From NCBI GenBank assembly GCA_965228855.1, contig CBDDIJ010000003.1, positions 3,168,001 through 3,232,000 of the forward strand: a DNA stretch of 64,000 nt, written 5' to 3'. The notes beneath the pieces were generated by a model. It was given only the letters and a program-made list of their open reading frames with translations. It ran no database searches and was not told the DNA's origin. Source of the stretch: Candidatus Obscuribacterales bacterium (GTDB lineage Bacteria > Cyanobacteriota > Vampirovibrionia > Obscuribacterales > Obscuribacteraceae). Of this stretch, positions 9,933-20,459 are shown in pieces (position 1 is the stretch's first letter; each line of letters begins with the position of its first letter). The position numbers were made by a program, and so were the translations under genes.

Positions 9933-12900
9933 CTACATACCCGCGCCAAGAAGCTGGAATGCGGCCCAGGCTTTCGGATTACGGTCTGCTCTCAGGGCCA
10001 GGAGTTGAGCCTGACGGAGCGCAATAGCATCGTTCATGCCGTTCTTCTTGTTTTTGTAGAAGTTAGCAATCTCGTTGGATCTTGTGTCGCAAGGTTCGTT
10101 CCACAAGCTCATCATCACATTACGTGCGCCGGCGTAGTTGAGCCCGCGGCTGACGACTTGGACAGCTTTGCCGTTTTGCTCCTTGCCTTTGATGGAGGTG
10201 CCGGAAAGCACGACCAGGTCATTCGGAATCGACAAGCAAAAGAGACCGCCAGCGGTATTGTCCTTGGTTTCCTCAGACTGCCCCTTAGCGAAGGGCAGTT
10301 TTGCGGTCACCGGATTATCGTCCGACAGAGGCAAATTTGTGGAGAGGTGTAAGACGGCTTTATCTTGCGAAACCCTTTGCAGCTCTTGCAAATCAGTTGC
10401 TTGAGCAGAGAGAGTCGCGATCGGTTCCGGCTCCATGGCGTTCAATATATTGTTTGATTCAGCCTGATCGTTAGCGCTGCCGTCTTGAGCAACGAGAACA
10501 GTCAAACGGTTTCCGCTCGGAAGCGGTCCGTCGATGATCGCGCCCATTGATGTTGCAAGGCTCAACAGGTGGTTTTCGATGAAATATTTTCCAGTCTCAT
10601 CGATCAAAGCAGCGAAGGGCAGATTGAACAGCACCGAATCCGGTATCACTACAATCGGCTTGTCCGGTGTGCTTGGAACAAAATCGAGCACGGCTTTCGG
10701 CAATAACTGTTTATACAATTGCTGCAAAGCTATGCGGTCAGGGCTTTCGCCCCCTTCAGGCACAGCGCCCGCGTTGGCCAGGAGCGGCGCGATCTGACTG
10801 GCAAGACGCTCTTCGCCAATTGGAAGCACCGTTGCCGAGATTCTACCGATCGGATCGATCGTAAAAGCGACGCTTGACTTATCGCCCACCATGTACTCGA
10901 TGACAGTGACTCGCTTCTTACGAACGCCATTGATGATGTCTTCGGCAGTTGTCGGATACGGAGCGATTAAACGCGCCAGTGATTTATTCTTGTGCGCGAG
11001 TTCTGAGAAGCGCGCCAACCAGCTCTTCCACTCTTCGGTCAACTTATTGGGAGTGGTGGAATTCTCAGCGGCGTGAAGGTGAGCTCTTTGATTCACGAGG
11101 TCGGTGTAGACATCACGATCTTCAGCCTTAACCGGACAGCTCTTACGAATCCATGTGTTGATGATTTGCTCCTCTTTCAATTGCTCCGCTGCAATCAGAG
11201 CTTTCTCGGTCATGCCTTGCGACGCAACCAGAGCAATCAATTGATGTCCGAGAGCCTTTCGTGGGCTTACGAACTGGAAGCTCTCAACCAGCGGGAACGA
11301 ACCTGCTTGAGGAGAACGGAAGTGAGATTGTGCGTTTTCGAGCGCGATCTTCGCCTTCTCGTCTTCACGCTGACCCAATTCGAGCTGGGCAAGAATTGTG
11401 TACGCTCTCCAGAGAGAAGCATCATCAGCCAGTTTAATCCCTAGCTCGATCGCTTTTTCTGTGTAGTCTCTGGCGAGCACCGGATCTGCCATCTTCAGCG
11501 AAACTTCGCCAAGTGACGTCAGCGTGCGCAGCACAATAAGCGGATGATGTTGTCTGACTTTTTGATCGCGTTCAGCAATCGCCATGATTGACTTCAAATG
11601 CGTAGCGGCTTCGCGATACTTACCGCCGGCGAATTCCGCAGCTGCCATGTTCTGCAACAACATGTATTGCATTCTCGGCTGAGAAGGCTTAACCATGTTT
11701 TGCGCGTCTACGGCGCGCTGGAAGTAAGGAAGTGCTTTGTAAGGCTCTCCGCGATTCGCAACCAGAATACCGAGTGCGTTCAAGCACTCGGTTTGTGCGT
11801 AATACTTCGAATTGCGCTCGAAATAAGGAATGATGCTCTTGAGCATTTTCTCCGCTCTGTCACTCTCGCCGGTAGCGATGAGCGAGAATGAATATCCCAT
11901 CAACAAGTTGGCTTTGCCTTCTTTGCCGAGGATTTTCTCATCCATCTTTCCGCCAAGCTTGTAGGCTTGTTCGTAGCTCTCCAGAGCGTCATTGTACTCA
12001 CCAAGCACGTACTGAGTGTTGGCGTAACTCGCCAGGGCGGAAACCATCGCTCGATCGTTTTTAACATTCTTAGCGATGACTACAGCCTTTTGAGCTTCTT
12101 CTTTTGCTGCGACGTACAAACCAACTTCATTCATCAACGTGGCAATCTTGCTGTGCAACGAGAGTGCCGTCGGCATATCCTTTGCTTCTTCGCAGTATTT
12201 TGCACTCTCTTGCAGGAAGCGGATCGCATCAAGTGTTTTTCCAAACTGCAAAAGCAATCCGCCGGAGAGGCGCATCAAATTTGCCGCTTCGACCGGATCG
12301 TTCTTCGGTTGTTCGATCAAGTGCTTCATTGCCAGCTCAAGCTGTTTTACAGCCCAGGTTGGGTTTTCCAAACCGAAATACGCTTGCGCGAGCGCGATAC
12401 GGGCTCGTCCGAGGTTGGTCTGGTCGTTCATACCGGAGAGGACTTCGATTGCGTTTTCGCCGAGCTGTTTAGCCTTGACCCATTTGCCTTGAGACAAATA
12501 GATTTTGCACATTCCGGTCAGCGCGCGACCTTGACCTGTCCCGTACTTCATCTCGATGGACATGCCATAGGCTTCCTGCCATTTGAGAAGTGCGTCGCTG
12601 TTCCGTCCTTGCTTAAATAACTTTTCGGCTTCATCATCCAGCCGTCTGACTTTACTTTCATTTTCCGGAGTAGCCTGGAGTTCTGCGTACTTGGTTACTT
12701 CTCTCAGTGCTTCCGGTTTCACTTCTTTCAAACGAGCTTGATTGAGCTGCCCCGAGCTCTCAGCAGCGCGCTTGAGAGCTGCAGCTCGGTTCGCTTTGGC
12801 TCTAGCGACAGCTTCGGCGGAGGTTCCGTGTCCAGCAGATGGGGTTTCAATAGGCGCAGCTTCTGGTTCCCCGTCGAGGAAATTCTCCTGGGCTACAGCA

Positions 12901-12971
12901 CCACCTGCGGTGCTGGTAAGCCACAACATTGCAGCCAATCCAATAACGCTTTGATTACGGCTTTTAATCAT
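9933..12971 (-). CDS. Secreted TPR + CHAT (caspase-like) domain protein, catalytic dyad apparently lost
   Basis: Signal peptide from ATG 12971, long TPR array, CHAT motifs VIPDSVLFNLPFAAL, LVVLS, AGARNVMMSLW, ALRQAQL, WAAFQLLG. Confidence 0.88.
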   Translation of the reverse strand: MIKSRNQSVIGLAAMLWLTSTAGGAVAQENFLDGEPEAAPIETPSAGHGTSAEAVARAKANRAAALKRAAESSGQLNQARLKEVKPEALREVTKYAELQATPENESKVRRLDDEAEKLFKQGRNSDALLKWQEAYGMSIEMKYGTGQGRALTGMCKIYLSQGKWVKAKQLGENAIEVLSGMNDQTNLGRARIALAQAYFGLENPTWAVKQLELAMKHLIEQPKNDPVEAANLMRLSGGLLLQFGKTLDAIRFLQESAKYCEEAKDMPTALSLHSKIATLMNEVGLYVAAKEEAQKAVVIAKNVKNDRAMVSALASYANTQYVLGEYNDALESYEQAYKLGGKMDEKILGKEGKANLLMGYSFSLIATGESDRAEKMLKSIIPYFERNSKYYAQTECLNALGILVANRGEPYKALPYFQRAVDAQNMVKPSQPRMQYMLLQNMAAAEFAGGKYREAATHLKSIMAIAERDQKVRQHHPLIVLRTLTSLGEVSLKMADPVLARDYTEKAIELGIKLADDASLWRAYTILAQLELGQREDEKAKIALENAQSHFRSPQAGSFPLVESFQFVSPRKALGHQLIALVASQGMTEKALIAAEQLKEEQIINTWIRKSCPVKAEDRDVYTDLVNQRAHLHAAENSTTPNKLTEEWKSWLARFSELAHKNKSLARLIAPYPTTAEDIINGVRKKRVTVIEYMVGDKSSVAFTIDPIGRISATVLPIGEERLASQIAPLLANAGAVPEGGESPDRIALQQLYKQLLPKAVLDFVPSTPDKPIVVIPDSVLFNLPFAALIDETGKYFIENHLLSLATSMGAIIDGPLPSGNRLTVLVAQDGSANDQAESNNILNAMEPEPIATLSAQATDLQELQRVSQDKAVLHLSTNLPLSDDNPVTAKLPFAKGQSEETKDNTAGGLFCLSIPNDLVVLSGTSIKGKEQNGKAVQVVSRGLNYAGARNVMMSLWNEPCDTRSNEIANFYKNKKNGMNDAIALRQAQLLALRADRNPKAWAAFQLLGAGM

Positions 12972-13307
12972 AGTCTTCCACTTGAAAAGGTACTTGAACT
13001 GTCCCGGTGGTCTGGGTGCTTTGAGCGAATAGCACCGGGCAAATTTGCAGTGTGTCCGAAACCACGAAAACTGGCTTCGCACATTACCTAAGCTTAGGCA
13101 ATCAGCGACCAATTTTCCTGGTGTTTTAGCTTCCTTTCAACCCACATGGGCAAATCTTAAGGTTGCTGAGAGCTAGTAGAAACGACGAATCTCCCCGTCC
13201 GGTTGCACCTGTGGTCAAGAGCGCCCAGCATTAGAAAAACGAAACCTATAAGGGTTGTTTATTACTATTTGACGCGCGCCATAATAAGGTAAACAGAATC
13301 TCAGATT

Positions 13308-14972
13308 ATGCAAAAACGAAGCGAAGCCCTGGCTGCCCTACGAGACACTACATTCGACGTTGCCGTAATTGGCGGCGGGGTAGTAGGGGCGGGCATTGCG
13401 CAAAATGCGGCGTCTCGAGGTTTGTCCGTAATCCTTATAGACAAAAGTGACTTCTCGTCCGGCACATCCAGCAAGACGACAAAATTGATTCACGGCGGGC
13501 TGCGTTATCTCGAACAATTTCAATTCAGACTGACTCAAGAGCTTTGCCACGAGCGCGCGTTGCTGGAGCAACTGGCGCCCCATCTTGTCAAGGACTTCAG
13601 TTTTGTCCTGCCTATAAGGGACAACAACCAGACGTTCGGACTCAAAGCGCAGCTCGGTCTCACGCTGTACGACTTGCTTGCCCTCCACGTTACGGGCGCA
13701 AGGCGCCATCAACGACTTAAACAGAAAGAAGTAGTCGGTGCAGCACCATCACTGGCTACAGCCAAGGTTAAAGGTGGCTTGCGCTTCCACGACTGCATCA
13801 CGGACGATTCCAGAATCGTCATGGAAGTGATCAAGTCGGCTGAAAAACTCGGCGCCGTAGCGATCAACTATCTCTCTGCAAACGGTTTCGAATTCGAGAA
13901 CGACCGCGTATCCGGCATCCACTGCCGCGACCGCTTCAGCGGGCAGGATATAAAAATATCGTGCCACACATGCGTGAACGCCACAGGTGTCTGGTCAGAC
14001 GGGCTGATGGAAAAACTCGACCCGACCTGGCGACCAAAGGTTTTGCCGGCAAAGGGCATTCATATAATGATACCGAGCTCCGCATTTGATACCAACTCTC
14101 CGCTGTTTCTACCGGCAGCGGACGGTCGATACGTATTCGTCATACCATGGCAAAGAGCGCTAATGATCGGCACTACCGATACAAAATACGATGGACCGCT
14201 GGACAATCCAACCGCGACCGAAGAAGAAATCAACTATCTACTCGATGTGGTGAATTCTTATGGACGGGAAGATCGGAAGTTAAACCGCAATCACGTTATC
14301 GCCTCATGGGCTGGACTCAGACCGCTGGTGGCGTCAAGTGAAGCGGGCGCCGCAGATACGAAAACGATATCGCGCGAGCACGTTCTTTTCGAAGGTAAAG
14401 GTGGCGTGGTCGGTTTGATTGGCGGAAAGTTGACAAACTATCGACTACTGGCAGATGAAACGGTCGACCGCCTGGTCTCAAAACTTCCGCAACAATCTTT
14501 TGCGAAACTGAAACCACCCACCACCGACAAAGTAATGCTCGGCGGATGGACAGACAAAGATGACTATTTGACGTCGTCTGCAGAGATTTCGGCGAGAGCC
14601 AGACGCTCCTCCATAGAACCGGGGACTATCGATCATCTACTAGCGAGCTACGGCAAGGATGCATTGCAGATCATCGAACTTGTCGAGAAAGACTCCTACC
14701 TTAACAAGAGAGTCTGTCCTGATTTTCCGCCGATCATGGCGGAAGTAGTCTTCTGTGTCAGGCACGAGATGGCGTTGTGCCTGGAAGACATTCTATTTAG
14801 AAGATTAAGGCTTGGACTGGTGCACCAGGGGCAGTGCATGCAATCGGCGGAGAAAGTTGCGCGCTGCGTGCAGGGGGTGCTCGGCTGGGATGAAGCCAGA
14901 ACCTCGGCGGAGCTCAAAGCAATAAGAGCAACTCTGGAAGATCATCTAGGACAGAAGCCTGTAACCCAATAG
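13308..14972 (+). CDS. glpD: FAD-dependent glycerol-3-phosphate dehydrogenase
   Basis: IGGGVVGAG, GTSSKTTKLIHGGLRYL, WAGLRPL, GGKLTNYR. Confidence 0.93.
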   Translation: MQKRSEALAALRDTTFDVAVIGGGVVGAGIAQNAASRGLSVILIDKSDFSSGTSSKTTKLIHGGLRYLEQFQFRLTQELCHERALLEQLAPHLVKDFSFVLPIRDNNQTFGLKAQLGLTLYDLLALHVTGARRHQRLKQKEVVGAAPSLATAKVKGGLRFHDCITDDSRIVMEVIKSAEKLGAVAINYLSANGFEFENDRVSGIHCRDRFSGQDIKISCHTCVNATGVWSDGLMEKLDPTWRPKVLPAKGIHIMIPSSAFDTNSPLFLPAADGRYVFVIPWQRALMIGTTDTKYDGPLDNPTATEEEINYLLDVVNSYGREDRKLNRNHVIASWAGLRPLVASSEAGAADTKTISREHVLFEGKGGVVGLIGGKLTNYRLLADETVDRLVSKLPQQSFAKLKPPTTDKVMLGGWTDKDDYLTSSAEISARARRSSIEPGTIDHLLASYGKDALQIIELVEKDSYLNKRVCPDFPPIMAEVVFCVRHEMALCLEDILFRRLRLGLVHQGQCMQSAEKVARCVQGVLGWDEARTSAELKAIRATLEDHLGQKPVTQ

Positions 14973-14978
14973 ACATCT

Positions 14979-15998
14979 ATGAAAATCAAAGTTCTGGTCC
15001 TCGGACAATTAAACGAACAACTGTCAAAGCGGCTCGAAAAGATCGCGGAGATTCAGTGCATTCATCGAGAAGAAGCGCTTCCTGAGGACGTTTTACTCGA
15101 ACAGCTTCGTGACAAGGATGCGGTGGTCAGCGAACCGCTCGACACCATATCCAGTGCCATCATGGACTCTTCACCAAACCTGAAGGTGATCGCCAATCGC
15201 GCAGTCGGGTTCGACAACGTTGAAATTCCGGAAGCAACGAAGCGGGGGATAATCGTCACGAATACCCCGGGAGTGCTGGATGCGGCAACTGCTGACCTGG
15301 CGATGGCGTTGCTGCTTTCGACTACGCGACGAGTCTGCGAAGCCGATCGGTATGTTCGCGCCGGGAAGTGGAGCGGGTTTAAGAGCGATCTGATGCTCGG
15401 TCCGGACCTCGACGGCAAAACCATGGGTATCATCGGCATGGGCCGAATTGGCAAGGCTTTTGCTAAGCGAGCCGGCGCCTTTGGTTTAAAACTAATATAT
15501 TCACGCTCCTCCTCGCCGGACGAGACGGACAAGCAACTTACAGCAGAACTTGGAGCAAGACGTGTCGCGCTGGATGAGCTTCTGCAAAGCTCCGACTTCA
15601 TAAGTATCCATTGCCCCTTAAATGCCGAGACTCGCGGACTAATCGGTCAACGCCAACTCGACCTGATGAAACCTGAGTGCATTCTGATTAACACTGCCCG
15701 CGGTGCCATAATTGACGAGTCGGCACTGGTATCGCATTTAGTGAACGGCAAAATTCTGGGAGCCGGACTTGATGTCTTCGCCCATGAGCCAAACGTTCCT
15801 GAAGAGCTGCTCTTGCTGGATAACGTGGTTCTCCTGCCCCATATCGGCTCGGCGTGTTTCGAGACGCGTTTTCGAATGTCGGAGCTTGCAGTCGATTCGA
15901 TTATCAGCGCATTTGGCGGTGAGCGCCCGCCAAACATCGTAAACGCTGACGCGTGGGACGAGCAGAAGTGGACCACCAGAGCTAAGGAGCGAGGATAA
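14979..15998 (+). CDS. D-2-hydroxyacid dehydrogenase (D-glycerate dehydrogenase / glyoxylate reductase family)
   Basis: AVGFDNV, TNTPGVL, GMGRIG, LINTARG, AGLDVF..EP, LPHIGSA. Confidence 0.92.
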   Translation: MKIKVLVLGQLNEQLSKRLEKIAEIQCIHREEALPEDVLLEQLRDKDAVVSEPLDTISSAIMDSSPNLKVIANRAVGFDNVEIPEATKRGIIVTNTPGVLDAATADLAMALLLSTTRRVCEADRYVRAGKWSGFKSDLMLGPDLDGKTMGIIGMGRIGKAFAKRAGAFGLKLIYSRSSSPDETDKQLTAELGARRVALDELLQSSDFISIHCPLNAETRGLIGQRQLDLMKPECILINTARGAIIDESALVSHLVNGKILGAGLDVFAHEPNVPEELLLLDNVVLLPHIGSACFETRFRMSELAVDSIISAFGGERPPNIVNADAWDEQKWTTRAKERG

Positions 15999-15999
15999 G

Positions 16000-17391
16000 T
16001 TGGCTAATCAAAAGCTTCTGAACAAACTTTGGTTTGCATACATCTCTGCTCTGATCATGTGGACGGCATTGACCTATAGCAACCTTGTGCAGGCCTATGT
16101 TTTCAATCAATCGTTCGCTTATGTGCAAGAAAGTCCGGAACATCCTGATGACCCGTTTGTTTACACCGCGGATTTTCTGCTCTATTACAACGACGCCGTC
16201 ATGTCCTGGGAATGCGCCAGGGGTAATAAGATCGACGTCTGGGACCCGCAACTGCAAAATTCTTATTTGCAAAAGTTGGTACCACACGTTGAGCTGAAGA
16301 AAATTTTCTACTCGCAGTACCCGCCATATCTAATGGTCCTCTGCATGCCGCTTTCGCTGGTCTCGCTCGATACCGCTTATCTCATCTGGGAGTTTCTCGG
16401 ACTGGCAGGAATCATTCTCAGTGTTCGCTCCTTATTATCAACGACGCTAAAAGGCAAATTCGAGCGCGCCTTCACTTACGTAGGCGTTCTCTCTACCTTC
16501 CCAGCCTGGCTGTGTTTTCGGCTAGGACAAATCGGACTGGCAATATTTCCCGCGTTGATGTGGTATTGGGTCGCGCTTGATAGAAAGTATTGGTTTCGCG
16601 CTGGGATGCTTGGCGGTTTTTGTTTGTTGAAACTGCAATACGCGCCGATTCTGTTTATTACAGGCTGTTTTCTCGGAGGATTGCGCTTCTTCGCCGGCTA
16701 CAGTCTCATGGGGCTCATCTATCTGATTGGTTGCATTGCGGTGCTCGGTTTAGATAACGTCCTGCACTATCCGGAAGCGCTCAAGATGGGCGAGATTAGC
16801 GGCGGACAGATAACCGGGGTTTCGCCTGAGTCGCAGCAGAATCTGCGAGGGCAGCTGGTAATTTTGACCGGCAACGATGGCGGAGTCGTTCACCTGGTAG
16901 TGGTCGCGGTTTGGGCTGTCGCTACACTTTATACGGCGTTCTTGTGGTGGAAATATCGAGCAAAAGCTGCGCTGCAGAACGATGACGATCGTCGCAGAAT
17001 GTTCATGATACTTGCCTCAATCACGATGCTGTTGCAACTTGTGACAAGCCCGCACACGCACAAGCAGGACTATATTTTCGTAACGCTGCCGGCGATATGG
17101 CTCATCTATAACGTGGTGGGCAACTATCCGATCGGCGAAGCTGCCATGCCTGGAGTGCGAAACAAGAATCTGATTCTCGCGATTCGCTATTTGCTTCTCG
17201 GATTTCCGATTCTTAGTTGGTTCTTCTTCACTGCGCCACACGTCTCAGGACTCATAGAGCAGAAGATTGGCTTGCACATTCCAGCGCTTCCGATCCAGCC
17301 CTTCTTTCTATATGCAGTCACTCTTATTGTCCTTCTCGGGCTAATTATTCGCGATACCGCCAGCAATACCGACGTTAAAACTGCAGCTTGA
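16000..17391 (+). CDS. GT87 / DUF2029-like polytopic membrane glycosyltransferase
   Basis: DF..YY motif, YPP, GQ, LLKLQY, SPHTH..D; many transmembrane helices. Confidence 0.8.
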   Translation: MANQKLLNKLWFAYISALIMWTALTYSNLVQAYVFNQSFAYVQESPEHPDDPFVYTADFLLYYNDAVMSWECARGNKIDVWDPQLQNSYLQKLVPHVELKKIFYSQYPPYLMVLCMPLSLVSLDTAYLIWEFLGLAGIILSVRSLLSTTLKGKFERAFTYVGVLSTFPAWLCFRLGQIGLAIFPALMWYWVALDRKYWFRAGMLGGFCLLKLQYAPILFITGCFLGGLRFFAGYSLMGLIYLIGCIAVLGLDNVLHYPEALKMGEISGGQITGVSPESQQNLRGQLVILTGNDGGVVHLVVVAVWAVATLYTAFLWWKYRAKAALQNDDDRRRMFMILASITMLLQLVTSPHTHKQDYIFVTLPAIWLIYNVVGNYPIGEAAMPGVRNKNLILAIRYLLLGFPILSWFFFTAPHVSGLIEQKIGLHIPALPIQPFFLYAVTLIVLLGLIIRDTASNTDVKTAA

Positions 17392-17413
17392 TCCGCCAAC
17401 CGCTATTAGGAAT

Positions 17414-18562
17414 TCAATTGTTTTCCGAATCGGAAGAAGCAGAATCGGTGCCAGCTTCGGTAAGCTCGTCTTCGTCGAGTTCATCATCGAACACAACGCT
17501 CGGATTGAGCTTTTGCTTTTCACGACGCCTGGAGGCGAAGCGGTATGAGTCCGCCAGTTTGGGAATCATTTTCTTCCCGCCGACGGACTTCACGTGAGAC
17601 TCGACCTTTTGGGAGGTGGTACGCCGGAAGTTATATTCTTCCTGGGCCTCAGCTTGAATCAGAACATAGTTTTCGTATCGACTGCGCGCCACCATAAGCG
17701 GTTCACTTTCCTCAACGCTCTCATCGTCCTCGACGATGTGGTCGATGACAGCGCACTCCTGCTCTACCAGGTGCAGGCAGTTTGAGAACTTACAGTCATT
17801 AGATAGTGCGGCAATCTCCGGGAATTGCCACATAACATCGGCTGGAACAGGATAGCGAATCTCCTGAAGGTTGAACCCTGGCGTATCGGCAACCCAAGTG
17901 GGGGTATCGGGGAACTTATCGGCCAGCACCTGGTAAAGTTTTGAGTACGTAGTCGTCTGGCGCCCGACGCCGAAGTCGTTGTCCATGACACCAATCTTGA
18001 GGTTAAGAGAAGACTCGAGTTTGTTCAAAATACTGGACTTACCGACACCGGACGGGCCGGCGAAAACGGTGATATTGCCCGCCAGAAGCGCGTTCAGCTT
18101 ATCCATCCCCATACCGGTTCTCGCCGAAAGAAGGACGACTTCGTAACCGAGCGGTTCATAAATTCCGCATAAGGTGCGCTGTTGACCCTCGTTGATCAAG
18201 TCACATTTGTTAAAACACAAGATTGGCTTGGCATGCGGTAATTCGAGCTGAAAGTGAACAATGTAACGGTCGCACCACAGCTGGTTCCACTCAGGTTGGC
18301 GAACTGCCTGTACAATTACAACCTGGTCCACATTGGCTAATGGTGGTCTCGTCAGGAGACTCCACCGCTCACGACAGCCCGTGATCACAGCGGTGCCTTG
18401 CTCCAGGTCGACGTCCGTAAGGTCGACTCGGTCTCCGGTCAAAATGGACACACGTTCCTTTTTTAAGCGCTTTCGTGCCTGGCACAGTAAAGACGCCTTC
18501 GACTGAGGTTCAAACACAAGGTGACCACCTGCGTGGCTTCTGAGTACAGTTCCTTCGGTCAT
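17414..18562 (-). CDS. rsgA: Ribosome small subunit-dependent GTPase A
   Basis: ANVDQ, NKCDL, GPSGVGKSS, DTPG, CKFSNCLH..E..C zinc finger. Confidence 0.95.
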   Translation of the reverse strand: MTEGTVLRSHAGGHLVFEPQSKASLLCQARKRLKKERVSILTGDRVDLTDVDLEQGTAVITGCRERWSLLTRPPLANVDQVVIVQAVRQPEWNQLWCDRYIVHFQLELPHAKPILCFNKCDLINEGQQRTLCGIYEPLGYEVVLLSARTGMGMDKLNALLAGNITVFAGPSGVGKSSILNKLESSLNLKIGVMDNDFGVGRQTTTYSKLYQVLADKFPDTPTWVADTPGFNLQEIRYPVPADVMWQFPEIAALSNDCKFSNCLHLVEQECAVIDHIVEDDESVEESEPLMVARSRYENYVLIQAEAQEEYNFRRTTSQKVESHVKSVGGKKMIPKLADSYRFASRRREKQKLNPSVVFDDELDEDELTEAGTDSASSDSENN

Positions 18563-18647
18563 ACGTACCTAGTGCGAAAAACCCATTATCGTCTCAAACG
18601 TGAGTAACATGATTGACTTAAGGATACACCAAAGCGGCGTGCAAACA

Positions 18648-20453
18648 ATGAACGGAAACGGAAACCAGGACCTCTCTCACATTCGAAATATCGCAATCAT
18701 TGCGCACGTCGACCACGGCAAAACGACGCTAGTGGACGGTTTCTTGCACCAGACAGGTGTATTTCGTTCAAACCAGGAAGTGGAAGTCTGTGTAATGGAC
18801 TCCAACGATCTGGAGCGCGAGCGTGGTATCACGATTCTTGCAAAAAACACCGCTGTCCAGTACAAAGACCACCTCATAAACATCGTCGATACGCCCGGGC
18901 ACGCAGACTTCGGTGGAGAAGTCGAGCGCATCCTCGGCATGGTTGACAGCGCTATTCTGGTAGTCGACGCGGCGGAGGGTCCGATGCCTCAAACCCGTTT
19001 CGTGCTTCGTAAAGCACTGGAACGCGGACTGAGACCACTGGTCGTTATCAACAAAATCGATAGACCAAATATCGATCCCCATCCGGCAGTCGATAAGGTT
19101 TTCGACCTGTTTGTAGAGCTCGGAGCGGATCATGACCAGCTCGACTTCCCATATATCTTCGCTTCCGGTGTCAAAGGTATTGCGACCAAAGACCCAGACA
19201 ATGACCCGGGCGAAAACTTGATTCCGCTGATCGATATGATTCTCGAGCACTGCCCGAGTCCCAAAGGCGATCCGAACAAGCCGCTCAAAATGCAAGCGAC
19301 GATTCTCGACTACAGTGACTACCTTGGTCGTATCGCAATCGGTCGTATTTATGATGGTGTCATCAAAGCTAACACTGAAGTTGCATTGATCGATGAGTAC
19401 GGTGCGCGGGTCACCGGCAAGATCACAAAACTGTTCACATTCCACGGGTTGAAGCGTGTCGAGGCCGACAAGGCAGGCGCTGGTGAGATCGTAGCCATCG
19501 CAGGTTTCGCGGATATAAACGTTGGCGATACCGTATGTGATGTCAGCGTAGACGAGGCATTGCCGCGCATCCGCGTTGATGAACCAACAATGAAAATGTC
19601 GTTCCTCGTAAACGACAGTCCGTTCGCCGGTCAGGAAGGCAAGTTCGTCACATCGCGTCAACTGCGAGCTCGCTTATTCAAGGAATTGGAAACCAACGTT
19701 TCCATGCGCGTTGAAGAAACCGACAACACCGACACGTTTATCGTGAGCGGTCGAGGCGAGCTTCACCTGGGCATCTTGATTGAAACGATGCGTCGCGAAG
19801 GATACGAATTCCAGGTATCGCGTCCGGAAGTAATTATGAAGAACGTGGATGGTAAGAACTTCGAGCCGTTCGAAAGACTCGTCATCGATGTGCCGGATGA
19901 GTACACTGGTGCGGTTATGCAGACTCTCGGACCGCGTCGCGGCGAACTGCAAAATATGAACGTCGAAGGTGCAACCGCACTTCTCGAATTCATTATTCCG
20001 ACAAGAGGCTTGATCGGTTTCCGCTCAGAATTCTTGCGAATGACCCGCGGCAACGGCGTTATGAACCACGCCTTCCTCGAGTATCGCGAATACTGCGGCG
20101 ACATCGAAAAACAACGCAACGGCGTTCTCATCGCATGGGAAGAAGGCGTCGCTACCGGTTACGCCATCCAGGCAGCCGAGGATCGCGGTGTGTTCTTCAT
20201 CTCGCCCGGTGTCAGAGTGTATGGTGGCATGGTCGTCGGCGAGCACAGCCGCGCCCAGGACCTCAGCATCAACGTTTGCAAAACCAAGAAACTCACCAAC
20301 ATGCGTTCAGCCGGCGGTGAAGTTCTCGTCGCATTGCAAGCACCAGTCGATATGAACCTGGAGAAATGCCTCGAGTACATCGAATCTGATGAACTCGTAG
20401 AAGTGACTCCGGTTAACGTTCGCATGCGCAAACGTCAGTTGGCTCGCAAGTAA
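18648..20453 (+). CDS. typA: Translational GTPase TypA/BipA
   Basis: [44 protein letters not shown]. Start at ATG 18648 (ORF open from 18600). Confidence 0.97.
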   Translation: MNGNGNQDLSHIRNIAIIAHVDHGKTTLVDGFLHQTGVFRSNQEVEVCVMDSNDLERERGITILAKNTAVQYKDHLINIVDTPGHADFGGEVERILGMVDSAILVVDAAEGPMPQTRFVLRKALERGLRPLVVINKIDRPNIDPHPAVDKVFDLFVELGADHDQLDFPYIFASGVKGIATKDPDNDPGENLIPLIDMILEHCPSPKGDPNKPLKMQATILDYSDYLGRIAIGRIYDGVIKANTEVALIDEYGARVTGKITKLFTFHGLKRVEADKAGAGEIVAIAGFADINVGDTVCDVSVDEALPRIRVDEPTMKMSFLVNDSPFAGQEGKFVTSRQLRARLFKELETNVSMRVEETDNTDTFIVSGRGELHLGILIETMRREGYEFQVSRPEVIMKNVDGKNFEPFERLVIDVPDEYTGAVMQTLGPRRGELQNMNVEGATALLEFIIPTRGLIGFRSEFLRMTRGNGVMNHAFLEYREYCGDIEKQRNGVLIAWEEGVATGYAIQAAEDRGVFFISPGVRVYGGMVVGEHSRAQDLSINVCKTKKLTNMRSAGGEVLVALQAPVDMNLEKCLEYIESDELVEVTPVNVRMRKRQLARK

Positions 20454-20459
20454 GCTCGA

